A stretch of DNA of 24,000 nt, taken from an uncultured Thermoanaerobaculia bacterium (GTDB taxonomy: Bacteria > Acidobacteriota > Thermoanaerobaculia > Thermoanaerobaculales > Sulfomarinibacteraceae). The stretch lies in contig CAZXXL010000020.1 of the NCBI GenBank assembly GCA_964644635.1, positions 163 to 24,162 on the forward strand, written 5' to 3'. Shown here in pieces: positions 1 through 7,977 of the stretch (its first letter is position 1; each line of letters opens with the position of its first letter). The position numbers and the translations under genes are program-made. The notes beneath the pieces are model-generated. The model ran no database searches, was not told the DNA's origin, and saw only the letters and a program-made list of their open reading frames with translations.

Positions 1-51
1 TTCGTATCTTCTTGCGTGTGATATTGTTCAAGTATCTCATAAACAAGGATT

Positions 52-60
52 TGGTAGAAT
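52..60 (+). promoter_or_regulatory. candidate extended -10 promoter (TGgTAGAAT) for the downstream oxidoreductase gene
   Basis: TG-n-TAGAAT at 52-60 lies in a ~60-nt AT-rich island at the window edge, in otherwise very GC-rich DNA. A GGGGG SD-like run at 74-78 precedes ATG 85. No convincing -35. Confidence 0.35.
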
Positions 61-84
61 GCCCCACGATGCTGGGGGTGAGCC

Positions 85-1998
85 ATGCCGATGAGGAAAG
101 AGCTCGTGATCGCGGGTCTGCGGTTCAAGAACCGGATGGTGATGGCGCCGTTCAAGACCGCCATGGCCGAGCCCGGGGGCGTGGTCAACGAGCGGATCCT
201 CGACTTCTACGCCCGGGTGGCGGCGGGCGGGGTGGCCATGGTGACCACCGAGCCGATGGCCGTTCGCCCGGAGGGACGCGAGCACCCGCGGCAGCTCGGC
301 ATCCACGACGAGAGCTTCCTCCCCGGCCTCCGCCGCCTGGTCCGCGTCATCCACGAGCGGTCCACCCTGGCCTGCTGCCACCTCAACCACGCCGGGCGCG
401 CGGCCAACCCCGGGGCAACCGGTACCGTGCCGGTGGCCCCCTCCGAGACCACCTGCCCGGCCAGCGGCGCCGACGCCCGCGCCCTGGACGCCGACGAGAT
501 CGAGGCGATCGTGGAGGGTTACCGGCTGGCGGCGTGCAAGGCCTGGTGGTCCGGTTACGACGCCATCGAGGTCCAGCTCGGTCACGGCTACCTGGCCGCG
601 CAGTTCCTCTCCCTGCGGATCAACCGCCGCACGGACGCCTACGGCGGCGACCCCGAAAAAAGGCTCCGTTTCGCCCGGGAGATCCTGGAGGCGGTCCGCG
701 AGGGCATGGACGGCGAGCTGCCGGTGTTCGTCCGGGTCTCGGGCAGCGAGATGGTCGACGGCGGCCTGACCGCCGGGGATCTCGCCCCCCTGCTCGCCAT
801 GGCCGAGAGCATGGGTGTCGCCGCCGTGCACGTCGGCATGGGATCGGCCTGTGACACGCCCCCCTGGTACTACGCCCACATGGCCCTGCCCATGGAGCCG
901 CAGGAGGAGGCCGTCGCCGCCGTGCGCCGCATGACCTCGCTGCCGGTCATCGTCGCCGGCAGGATGGGCGAGCCGGAGCGTATGGAGCGGCTGCTGGCCG
1001 GCGATGCGGATCTCGTGGCCCTGGGCCGGCCCCTGGTGGCGGATCCCGACCTGCCCCACAAGATCGTCGAGGAACGCCTGGACGAGATCACCTTCTGCGG
1101 CTCCTGCCTCCAGGGGTGCCTGCTCCGGGTCAAGCAGGGCAGGCCCATCGCCTGCATCGTCAACCCGGAGGTCGGCCGGCCGGGCGATCCCGGGCCCGCC
1201 GCGGCGCCGCGCCGTTTCATAGTGGTGGGCGGGGGTCCGGCCGGGATCGAGGCCGCCGTCACCCTCGCCCGGCGCGGCCACCGGGTCGCCCTTTACGAAC
1301 GGCGGGATCACCTGGGCGGCCAGTTCGCCCTCGCTCCGCGGGGGCCCGGCAAGGAACGCATGCACCTGCCGCTGGAGTCGCTCGTGAAGAGACTGGATCG
1401 CGCCCGGGTCGAGGTTCACACCGGCGTCGAGGTGACACCGGAGCTGGTGGAGCGCGAGGCCCCGGACGCCGTCATCGTGGCCACCGGTGCGGCTCCCGTC
1501 GAGCCTGCCGTCCCCGGGCTGGACGGCGTGCCCACCTTCACCGGCACCGAGCTCTTCGAGACCATGCCCGAGCTGACCGGCCGGATCCTCGTGATCGGCG
1601 GCGGCATGATCGGCATGGAGGCGGCCGAGGTGCTCGGCGCCCGCGGCGTCGAGGTCACCGTGGTCGAAATGCTGCCGGACGTGGCCCGGGACATGGAGCC
1701 GGTGACCCGCCGGCTCCTGCTGCAGCGGCTGCAGCAGCTGCCGGTGACCGTCCTCACCGAGACGACGGTGGCGGCGGTGGACGCCGGCGGCGTCGAGCTG
1801 CACACGGCGGACGGAGGCAGCCGCCACCTCCCGCCCGTGGACGCCGTGATCCTGGCCGTCGGGACTCGTCCCGGGAACGGTCTGGCACGGCAGTTGGAGG
1901 CGCGGGGCGTCGAGGTGCACGTGGTGGGTGACGCCGATCACCCCAACCAGGTCATCGGCGCCGTCGAGAGCGCCTACGAGCTGGCGCGAACGCTGTGA
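85..1998 (+). CDS. FadH-like NADPH-dependent 2,4-dienoyl-CoA reductase / OYE-family FMN oxidoreductase fused to an FAD/NAD(P) pyridine-nucleotide oxidoreductase domain
   Basis: 637-aa ORF. The N-terminal OYE-like TIM-barrel blocks are present (MAPFKT, CCHLNHAGR, VQLGHGYLAAQFLS..NRRTDAYGG). A Cys cluster CGSCLQGC..x11..C fits the FadH-type 4Fe-4S motif. Two Rossmann motifs follow (VVGGGPAGIEAA, VIGGGMIGMEAA). Amino-acid composition is natural compared with the shadow frames. Confidence 0.88.
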   Translation: MPMRKELVIAGLRFKNRMVMAPFKTAMAEPGGVVNERILDFYARVAAGGVAMVTTEPMAVRPEGREHPRQLGIHDESFLPGLRRLVRVIHERSTLACCHLNHAGRAANPGATGTVPVAPSETTCPASGADARALDADEIEAIVEGYRLAACKAWWSGYDAIEVQLGHGYLAAQFLSLRINRRTDAYGGDPEKRLRFAREILEAVREGMDGELPVFVRVSGSEMVDGGLTAGDLAPLLAMAESMGVAAVHVGMGSACDTPPWYYAHMALPMEPQEEAVAAVRRMTSLPVIVAGRMGEPERMERLLAGDADLVALGRPLVADPDLPHKIVEERLDEITFCGSCLQGCLLRVKQGRPIACIVNPEVGRPGDPGPAAAPRRFIVVGGGPAGIEAAVTLARRGHRVALYERRDHLGGQFALAPRGPGKERMHLPLESLVKRLDRARVEVHTGVEVTPELVEREAPDAVIVATGAAPVEPAVPGLDGVPTFTGTELFETMPELTGRILVIGGGMIGMEAAEVLGARGVEVTVVEMLPDVARDMEPVTRRLLLQRLQQLPVTVLTETTVAAVDAGGVELHTADGGSRHLPPVDAVILAVGTRPGNGLARQLEARGVEVHVVGDADHPNQVIGAVESAYELARTL

Positions 1999-2029
1999 GC
2001 CGTGCCGGGGCCGGGCGTATACTGCGCCC

Positions 2030-2323
2030 ATGAAAGCTCTCCCGGCGGCGATCCTCGTGCTCCTCCTCATCGTCACCGCGCTCGCCGTCTCGCGGCCCGA
2101 CCGCGCCAGCTTCGACCGCTTCATCGGCCGTGCCGCGGAGGCGCCGGACGGCAACCTCCTGCAACGGGCGGGGGCGGCGATCGCCACCCTGCAGGCCCAC
2201 CTGACGACCCAGTATCACGACCACGCCCTGTGGGCGACGGCCGAGGTCACCGTCGGCTCACGCCACGAGCGCTACCTCGGCGTCGCCGGCACCTGGATCC
2301 GTCTCGGCACCCATGGCAGGTAG
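2030..2323 (+). CDS. small hypothetical protein with N-terminal signal-anchor/TM helix
   Basis: I start it at the internal ATG 2030 (MKALPAAILVLLLIVTALAV...), not at the track's ATG 1928, which overlaps the preceding gene. It has a hydrophobic N-terminus and no SD. TATACT lies 6 nt upstream of the ATG. The 3' end overlaps the lnt start by 11 nt. Family not recognised with confidence. Confidence 0.55.
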   Translation: MKALPAAILVLLLIVTALAVSRPDRASFDRFIGRAAEAPDGNLLQRAGAAIATLQAHLTTQYHDHALWATAEVTVGSRHERYLGVAGTWIRLGTHGR

Positions 2324-3824
2324 CCGCGCGACCGGACCCGCCGGCCCCGACCGGCGCCTGTTGCCGTGGCTCGCCGCGGCCGGCGCCGGGGCGTCCTTCG
2401 CACTCTCCCTCCCGGGAGCCGGCATGGTGCCCCTGGTCCTGGCTTTCCCCGCGCTGCTCCTGGAGGCGGTGCACGCCGCCCGCCGCGGGCGCCGGGCGCT
2501 CCTGTACGGCTGGCTCGCCGGAGTTGTGTACTGGATCGTCGCCGCCAACTGGGTGACGCCGGTGATGCACCACTACGGGGGCCTGCCCGTCCTGCTCGCC
2601 GCCGGCTGTCTCCTCGCCATGGCGGCGCTGCTGGCCCTGACCTGGGCGGCGGCCGCCTGGGCGACCTTCCGCGTCCGGCCGTGGGCCAGGCCCTGGACCT
2701 TCGCCTTCGCCTGGATCGCGGCCGACGCCCTGCGCCGCTTCCCGCCGTACAACTTCCAGTGGAACCCGGCCGCCGCCGTCCTCTCCGGCACGCCCGCCCT
2801 GCTGGCGTCGCTGCCGGTCTGGGGGGCGACCGGGCTGAGCTGGGCCGTCGTGGCCCTCGGCGCCGGCCTGTGGGCCGTCATCCGTCCCCGGACCCGGAGA
2901 TCCGGCGCCGTCCTGGCGGCCGCGTCCGTGCTCGCCACCCTCGCCCTCGGCCTCGCCGCGCCGGCCGCCCGGCCACAGGGTCCGCCGGTGACGGTAGCCG
3001 CGATCCAGCCGGGGACGACCATCGCCGAGCGCTGGAACCCGGCGCGCGCGGACGCGATCTTCCGCCGGGCGGTGAGGCTCACCCGGCGCGCCGCGGCCAG
3101 GGGCGCCCGCCTGGTGGCGTGGCCGGAGAGCGCGGTCGTCTACAACGTGGAACGCGACCCGGCCTTCCGCGCCCGGCTGCAGGAGCTCGCCGGCGAGCTC
3201 GGTATCGCGATCGTGCTCAACTCCGTGGGCACGACGCCGGCCGGCGGGTACACCAACTCGGCCTACCTGGTGACGGCGGACGGGATCTCACCCCACCGCT
3301 ACGACAAGGTCCATCTCGTCCCCTTCGGCGAGTACGTCCCGTTCTTCGCCCGCTTCGCCTTCGCGCGCGGTCTGGTCCGCGAGGTGGGACGGTTCACGCC
3401 CGGACACGACCTCCGCCCGCTGACCGCCGGGCGGCTGCGCCTGGGGATGGCCATCTGCTTCGAGATCGTCTTCGGGGATCACGTGGCGGCCGAGGTCCGC
3501 CGTGGCGCCGACCTCCTCGTGACCATCAGCAACGACGCCTGGTACGGGTACTCCTGGGCCCCGCACCAGCACTTCGGCCAGGCCGTGCTGCGGGCCGTGG
3601 AGACCCGGCGCTGGGTGCTCCGCGCCGCGCTGACGGGGATCTCGGGCGTGATCGCGCCCGACGGCCGGGTGGTCGCCAAACTGGGGGTCGGCCGGCAAGG
3701 CGTCGTCGTCGAGCGGGTGGGGCTGTGTACCGGCGTCACGCCGCGGGTGCGTCTCGGCGACTGGTGGCTGGTCGTCTGCGCCCTCGGCACCCTGCTCCTG
3801 CTGCTCTCCGCGCGTCGCCGCTGA
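2313..3824 (+). CDS. lnt: apolipoprotein N-acyltransferase
   Basis: 503 aa with a multi-TM N-terminal half and a C-terminal CN-hydrolase domain. The characteristic Lnt blocks are present (VAAIQPG, VAWPESAV, KVHLVPFGEYVPF, MAICFEIVF with the catalytic Cys, SNDAWYG), followed by a final TM helix. Confidence 0.9.
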   Translation: MAGSRATGPAGPDRRLLPWLAAAGAGASFALSLPGAGMVPLVLAFPALLLEAVHAARRGRRALLYGWLAGVVYWIVAANWVTPVMHHYGGLPVLLAAGCLLAMAALLALTWAAAAWATFRVRPWARPWTFAFAWIAADALRRFPPYNFQWNPAAAVLSGTPALLASLPVWGATGLSWAVVALGAGLWAVIRPRTRRSGAVLAAASVLATLALGLAAPAARPQGPPVTVAAIQPGTTIAERWNPARADAIFRRAVRLTRRAAARGARLVAWPESAVVYNVERDPAFRARLQELAGELGIAIVLNSVGTTPAGGYTNSAYLVTADGISPHRYDKVHLVPFGEYVPFFARFAFARGLVREVGRFTPGHDLRPLTAGRLRLGMAICFEIVFGDHVAAEVRRGADLLVTISNDAWYGYSWAPHQHFGQAVLRAVETRRWVLRAALTGISGVIAPDGRVVAKLGVGRQGVVVERVGLCTGVTPRVRLGDWWLVVCALGTLLLLLSARRR

Positions 3825-3875
3825 ATCCCCGGCTGCCGGGAGGACCCCGGCGGCGGCCCGGCGGGCCGGCCCGGC

Positions 3876-4010
3876 TCACTCCTTGCCGTCGTCGTCCGCC
3901 GGCTCGCCCTGGCCCTTGCGCTTGCGTTCCAGCTTCTCCTGCCGCTTCTTCTGCTTCGCGAGCTCCTTCTGCCTCTTTTCGAACTTGTACGCGCCGCGTT
4001 TTCGTGCCAA
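3876..4010 (-). CDS. small highly basic Lys/Arg/Glu-rich protein (44 aa), TTG start, absent from the ORF track
   Basis: My own translation of the minus strand gives (M)ARKRGAYKFEKRQKELAKQKKRQEKLERKRKGQGEPADDDGKE*. A perfect AAGGAGG SD (4022..4016) sits 5 nt upstream of TTG 4010..4008. About 39 of 44 codons end in G/C, matching the coding bias of this genome. A candidate TGcTAGGGT promoter lies at 4040..4032. Confidence 0.5.
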   Translation of the reverse strand: MARKRGAYKFEKRQKELAKQKKRQEKLERKRKGQGEPADDDGKE

Positions 4011-4031
4011 TCGTCCCTCCTTTACCCCACG

Positions 4032-4040
4032 ACCCTAGCA
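4032..4040 (-). promoter_or_regulatory. candidate extended -10 promoter (TGcTAGGGT) for the small basic ORF
   Basis: The minus strand reads TGcTAGGGT. The predicted TSS is about 4025, just upstream of the AAGGAGG SD. The pattern matches the other TGnTA....T elements in this window. Confidence 0.3.
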
Positions 4041-4106
4041 GATCCGCCCGCACGGGTCTCCGGGAGCCCGTGACAGCGGCCCGCTCCTGCGGCGTCCGCT
4101 TCGCTC

Positions 4107-4115
4107 TGTTAGCAT
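4107..4115 (+). promoter_or_regulatory. candidate extended -10 promoter (TGtTAGCAT) for prfB
   Basis: TG-t-TAGCAT at 4107-4115, about 55 nt upstream of ATG 4171, in the divergent intergenic region shared with the small basic ORF. Confidence 0.35.
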
Positions 4116-4126
4116 ACGGTGATCGA

Positions 4127-4150
4127 CGGCGGCGCCGGCGGCGGCGCCGG
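4127..4150. repeat. perfect tandem duplication of a 12-mer (CGGCGGCGCCGG x2) in the prfB leader
   Basis: Read directly: 4127-4138 equals 4139-4150. Each unit contains the palindrome CGGCGCCG, so small alternative hairpins are possible. Functional meaning unknown. Confidence 0.9.
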
Positions 4151-4170
4151 TGGTGCGGGGGGAGCGGATC

Positions 4171-5287
4171 ATGCTCGACGAGATCATCCAACACGGCGAG
4201 GCCGAGCTCGAACGGATTCATCGCCTCCGGGGGTACCTTTGACGAGGACCGGCTGAGGGAGAGCCTGGCCGAGGCCGACGCCGAAGCCCAGGCTCCCGAC
4301 ATCTGGTCGGACCAGGAGCGGGCGCGGGAGGTCATGCGCCGGCGGAGCGCGCTCCAGAGCCGGGTCGAGACCGCCGCCCGGCTGCGGGAGGCGGCCGAGG
4401 AGCTGGAGATCCTCCTGGAGATGGCCCGCGAGGGAGAGGCCGGGATCGAGGAGGAGCTGTCGCGGACGCTCAGGAAGGTCGGCCCCCAGCTCGACCGGAT
4501 CGAGCTCGAGACCAAGATGACCGGCGAGCACGATGCCGCCAACGCCTACCTGGAGATCCACCCCGGCGCCGGCGGCACCGAGTCCCAGGACTGGGCCCAG
4601 ATGCTGGAGCGCCTGTACCTGCGCTGGTGTGAGCGGCGCGGGTTCGAGGCCGAGATCCTCGAGGAGCAGGCGGGCGAGGAGGCGGGCCTGAAGAGCGCCA
4701 CCATCCTCGTCCGCGGCCCCTACGCCTACGGCTACCTGAAGTCGGAAAACGGCGTCCATCGCCTGGTGCGGATCTCCCCCTTCGACGGCCAGTCCAGGCG
4801 CCACACGTCGTTCGCCTCGGTCCACGTCTACCCCGAGGTGGACGAGAACGTGGACATCGAGATCCCCGAGAAGGACCTGCGGATCGACCGCTACTGCTCC
4901 TCGGGACCGGGGGGGCAGGGCGTCAACACGACCTACTCCGCGGTGCGCCTGGTCCACCTGCCCACCGGCATCATCGTCACCTGCCAGAACGAGCGGTCCC
5001 AGATCAAGAACCTGGCCTCGGCGATGAAGGTCCTCAAGGCCCGCCTGTTCGAGCTCGAGCGCCAGAAGCGCGAGGAGGAAATGGCGAAGCTCAAGGGGCC
5101 CAAGAAGGACATCTCCTGGGGCAACCAGATCCGCTCCTACGTGCTTCAGCCCTACCGGCTGGTCAAGGACCTGCGGACGGGCTTCGAGGTGGGCGACACG
5201 GACCGGGTTCTCGACGGCGACATCGATCCCTTCATCGAGGCCTACCTGCACTGGCAGGCCCAGCAGCGCACGGAGAGTGTGTCATGA
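4171..5287 (+). CDS. prfB: peptide chain release factor 2, expressed through a +1 programmed ribosomal frameshift at 4240
   Basis: Frame 0 (4171-4239) encodes MLDEIIQHGEAELERIHRLRGYL and then hits in-frame TGA 4240-4242. The +1 frame from 4241 reads DEDRLRESL... and carries the SPF tripeptide (RISPFD), GGQ (SGPGGQG) and the full RF2 body to stop 5285-5287. GGGGGAG SD lies upstream of ATG 4171. Confidence 0.95.
4229..4243 (+). promoter_or_regulatory. prfB: RF2 autoregulatory +1 frameshift site (GGGGG-TAC-CTT-TGA-C)
   Basis: The internal SD-like GGGGG (4229-4233) is 3 nt before the slippery CTT (4237-4239), followed by TGA C. This is the same architecture as E. coli AGGGGGUAUCUUUGAC. Confidence 0.9.
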
Positions 5288-7098
5288 GGCAGTCCATCCT
5301 TCGTCGTGCGGCCCTGACGGTGGGCACGCTCATCATCGCGGCCGCCGCCCCGGCCCACGAGCCGCTTCACTACCGCGTCACCGCCGCCAACCCGGCGAAC
5401 CACTTCTTCCAGGTGGAGCTGAACGTGCCCCCGGCGGACGGCTGCCCGGACTTCGCCTACGCCGTCTGGACGCCCGGAGGCTACACCCTGCACCCCCACG
5501 CCGAGGACGTCCTCGACGTCACCTGCACCGCCCCCGACGGAGGACCGCTCAAGGTCGCCAAGACCGACCTCAACACCTGGCACGTGACCTGCAGTCCCGG
5601 CGGGGGTTATACGGCGCGGATCAGGATCCACGCCCTCGCCGACCGCACGCCCTACTCGGCCCACCTCGGCGCCGGGCTGCTCTTCGCCAACGGCGTCAGC
5701 ATCCTCCCCTACCTGCCCGCCGACCAGGACCTGCCGGCGGAGTTGACCATCGATCCGCCGCCGGGCTGGCCGCTGGTCTGCTCGCTGCCGGCGACCGCGC
5801 CCCACACCTTTCACGCCGGGAGCTGGGACGAGCTGGCGGATGCCATCTTCGCGGCGGCACCGGAGCTCACGGTCAGGAAGGTCCGGGCCGGCGCGGCGGA
5901 GCTGACCCTGGCCTTCACCGCCAGGCCGGCGCCCGGGATGGACATGGACACGATCGCCGAGGCCCACAAGAACCTCGTGCTCGCGGCCGGGAAGACCTTC
6001 GGCGGCATTCCCTTCGACCGCTACCTCTTCCTGTACAAGGTCGGCCCCAAGGGCTCCCACGGCGGGCTCGAGCACAGCTTCGGCACGGCCATGGGCATCC
6101 CCGCCTCGGCGTTGAAGTCGACCGACGCCATGCTCGGCGAGATGGGTCTGCCCGCCCACGAGCTGGTCCACGCGTGGAACGTCAAGCGCGCCCGGCCCGC
6201 CCAGCTTCGGCCCTACGACTACGCCCACGTGCGCCAGACCGACCTGCTCTGGGTCGCCGAGGGCTGGACGAGCTACTACGGCCCGTTGCTCCTGACCCGT
6301 TCGGGCGTGCGGACGCCGGAGCAGCTGTACGCGACCCTGACCCGCCGTCTCCGCTGGCACCGCCGCAACCCGGCGAATCGCTTTCTCTCGCTGCGCCAGA
6401 TCAGTCTCGGCTCCTGGCTCGACTGGTCGGTCCCGTTCTTCAGCTTCCGCAGCTACTACGTCAAGGGAAGCCTGGCCGGCCTCCAGCTCGACCTGCTCCT
6501 GCGCCGGGCCAGCGCCGGTCGTCACAGCCTGGACGACATCATGCGCGCGCTGCTCGCCGACCCCCAGCTCCGGCGCAACGGTTACACGGAGGCCGATCTC
6601 CGCTTCCTCGCCGGCAAGCTCGCCGGGCGTTCCATGGACGGCTGGTTCGCCGCCGCCGTCGACAGGCCCGGATACATCGATCTCGCCCCCTCGCTGGCCT
6701 CCGTGGGCCTGCGCCTGGTGCCGGATGAGGATCACCCGCTGGCCGGCTTCACGGGGATCCGCCTGGCGCCGGCCGGAGAGGGGAAACGGGGCGCGAAGAT
6801 CCGCTGGGTAGAGCCCTCGTCGCCGGCCGAGGAAGCCGGCCTCGGCGAGGGCGACACGCTGCTCGCCGTGAAGGGCCGGACCGGCGCCGCCGACCGGCTG
6901 GCCGGGCTCCTCGACCGGCTGGAGACCGGGAAGAAGGCGGTGCTGACCGTGCTCCGCGCCGACCGGGTGCTCGAGGTCACGGTGGTGCCCACGGCGGTCG
7001 AGCCCCTGCGCATGCCGGTGCGGATCGAGGAGGACCCGGACGCCACGGCCGAGCAGGTGGCCGCCCGCCGCGCCTGGCTCTGGTCGAAGGGCCGCTGA
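5284..7098 (+). CDS. secreted M61-family (glycyl aminopeptidase-like) metallopeptidase with C-terminal PDZ domain
   Basis: 604 aa. ATGA start/stop overlap with prfB. Signal peptide (MRQSILRRAALTVGTLIIAAAAPAHE). Zinc motif HELVHAWNVKR, typical of M61. PDZ-like segment (IRWVEPSSPAEEAGLGEGDTLLAVKG). Confidence 0.82.
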   Translation: MRQSILRRAALTVGTLIIAAAAPAHEPLHYRVTAANPANHFFQVELNVPPADGCPDFAYAVWTPGGYTLHPHAEDVLDVTCTAPDGGPLKVAKTDLNTWHVTCSPGGGYTARIRIHALADRTPYSAHLGAGLLFANGVSILPYLPADQDLPAELTIDPPPGWPLVCSLPATAPHTFHAGSWDELADAIFAAAPELTVRKVRAGAAELTLAFTARPAPGMDMDTIAEAHKNLVLAAGKTFGGIPFDRYLFLYKVGPKGSHGGLEHSFGTAMGIPASALKSTDAMLGEMGLPAHELVHAWNVKRARPAQLRPYDYAHVRQTDLLWVAEGWTSYYGPLLLTRSGVRTPEQLYATLTRRLRWHRRNPANRFLSLRQISLGSWLDWSVPFFSFRSYYVKGSLAGLQLDLLLRRASAGRHSLDDIMRALLADPQLRRNGYTEADLRFLAGKLAGRSMDGWFAAAVDRPGYIDLAPSLASVGLRLVPDEDHPLAGFTGIRLAPAGEGKRGAKIRWVEPSSPAEEAGLGEGDTLLAVKGRTGAADRLAGLLDRLETGKKAVLTVLRADRVLEVTVVPTAVEPLRMPVRIEEDPDATAEQVAARRAWLWSKGR

Positions 7099-7164
7099 CG
7101 GCTCCAGGGGAATGCTACCGGGCCGGCGCCACGCCTCCCACCTCACCGCGCCGGGTACGGATGG

Positions 7165-7887
7165 TCAGCGAAGGTCCGGGCTGACGGACGCCTTCAGGAA
7201 GCGGCTCAGCCGCTCGTGGTCCGAGCCCGCGAGGGCGACGAAGCGGGCACCGAAACCCTGGATCCCCTCGCGCTCGGGATCCGTCTTGCGGGCGATCTCC
7301 GCCACCCCGCGCACCGGTTCCTCTTCGCCGGGCACCTGGAGCTGGAACTCCACCCGGGTACCGGGCTCACCGATGGCGCGGCCGCGGACCAGCATGCCCG
7401 AGGCCGAGATGTTCTCGGTCTGGTAGAGAACCTGGACCGGCCGTTCCGTCACCGGCAGCACGAACCGCGCCGGGACGTGGGCCGGAACCCGCGGCGCGGT
7501 CTCGAGCAGCGCGAGCAGCTCGCCCAGCACCACGCCGACCCCGGCGCCATGCGCCACCACCCGGTTCACGCCGTGGCTGATCAGCCGGCGCGCCTCGTCG
7601 ATCCGGCCCGGTGCGGCCACGGCCACGAGCGCCGCGTGCCGGCTGGCCATGGCGCTGGCGCGGAGGGCGCTGAGCAGGATGCCGAAGCCGGCGCCGGGGA
7701 GGGGGTACGCCGCCACCACCCCGGCGAACGAGAGCCGCCGGACGAGATCGAGGACGGCATCCTCCCAGTCGGCCACGTGCACACCGAGACCCCGGCCGAG
7801 AAGCTCGGCTCCCAGCTGCTCGGTGAGCGTCTCTTCGAGACCGGTCAGGAGAACCCTTCCGCGTGGTGTGGTCATCGTCCGCTCCAT
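7165..7887 (-). CDS. PilZ-domain protein with N-terminal pseudo-receiver domain
   Basis: The C-terminal half has the PilZ second motif N-I-S-A-S-G (NxSxxG) and a beta-barrel-like pattern. The N-terminal half looks like a CheY fold, but the phospho-acceptor position reads AAYPLPG (Tyr, not Asp). The start may instead be the second ATG at 7875 (MTTPRG...), which lies 10 nt after a perfect TATAAT (7891..7886). Confidence 0.72.
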   Translation of the reverse strand: MERTMTTPRGRVLLTGLEETLTEQLGAELLGRGLGVHVADWEDAVLDLVRRLSFAGVVAAYPLPGAGFGILLSALRASAMASRHAALVAVAAPGRIDEARRLISHGVNRVVAHGAGVGVVLGELLALLETAPRVPAHVPARFVLPVTERPVQVLYQTENISASGMLVRGRAIGEPGTRVEFQLQVPGEEEPVRGVAEIARKTDPEREGIQGFGARFVALAGSDHERLSRFLKASVSPDLR

Positions 7888-7941
7888 TATATGGCCGCGG
7901 CGGCGCCCCGGGGGCGGCCGCGCCTTTATGCAACGTCAAAG

Positions 7942-7971
7942 TTGGGTCAATTCGGGACACCGGGTTACACT
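7942..7971 (+). promoter_or_regulatory. candidate sigma70-type promoter TTGGGT-N18-TACACT placed for a leaderless mgtC-like transcript
   Basis: TTGGGT is at 7942-7947 and TACACT at 7966-7971. Only 6 nt (ggcgcc) separate the -10 box from ATG 7978, and there is no SD. Confidence 0.4.
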
Positions 7972-7977
7972 GGCGCC

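Noticed and set aside
1883-1897. TGGCACggcagTTGG near the 3' end of the oxidoreductase gene, upstream of the small membrane-protein gene.
   Set aside because: It lacks the essential GC of the -12 element (TTGG rather than TTGC), sits inside a coding region and is about 135 nt from the next start. Not convincing.
37-2187. Very long antisense or off-frame ORFs throughout the track (for example 37-2187 -, 5242-7146 -, 7936-9456 -, 11976-14504 +, 16126-18405 -, 19066-21495 +, 21864-23075 -).
   Set aside because: Their products are monotonous Arg/Gly/Pro/Ala/His strings with no recognisable motifs. Each overlaps a frame that encodes a clearly recognisable protein. These are the classic shadow ORFs caused by stop-codon scarcity in high-GC DNA.
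4127-4150. The tandem 12-mer CGGCGGCGCCGG x2, considered as a possible regulatory repeat or array seed.
   Set aside because: It has only two copies of a low-complexity GC motif and no spacers. It is compatible with simple slippage. I listed it as a repeat feature but see no evidence of function.
2366-4170. The N-terminal ~600 aa of the 973-aa ORF that ends as RF2.
   Set aside because: This part is an open alternative frame running across lnt and the intergenic region, with Arg/Pro-rich nonsense. The real prfB starts at ATG 4171 in another frame and joins this frame through the +1 frameshift at 4240.
5578-5592. A second sigma54-like site, TGGCACgtgacCTGC, on the plus strand.
   Set aside because: It lies about 300 nt inside the M61 peptidase coding region, with no downstream start. 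The -12 element is weaker (CTGC). It is most likely a chance match in GC-rich coding sequence.
7099-7164. A bidirectional terminator between the convergent M61 peptidase and PilZ genes.
   Set aside because: Only a 7-bp stem (CCGGCGC/GCGCCGG) with an 18-nt loop is present, and neither strand has a U-tract. Too weak to call.
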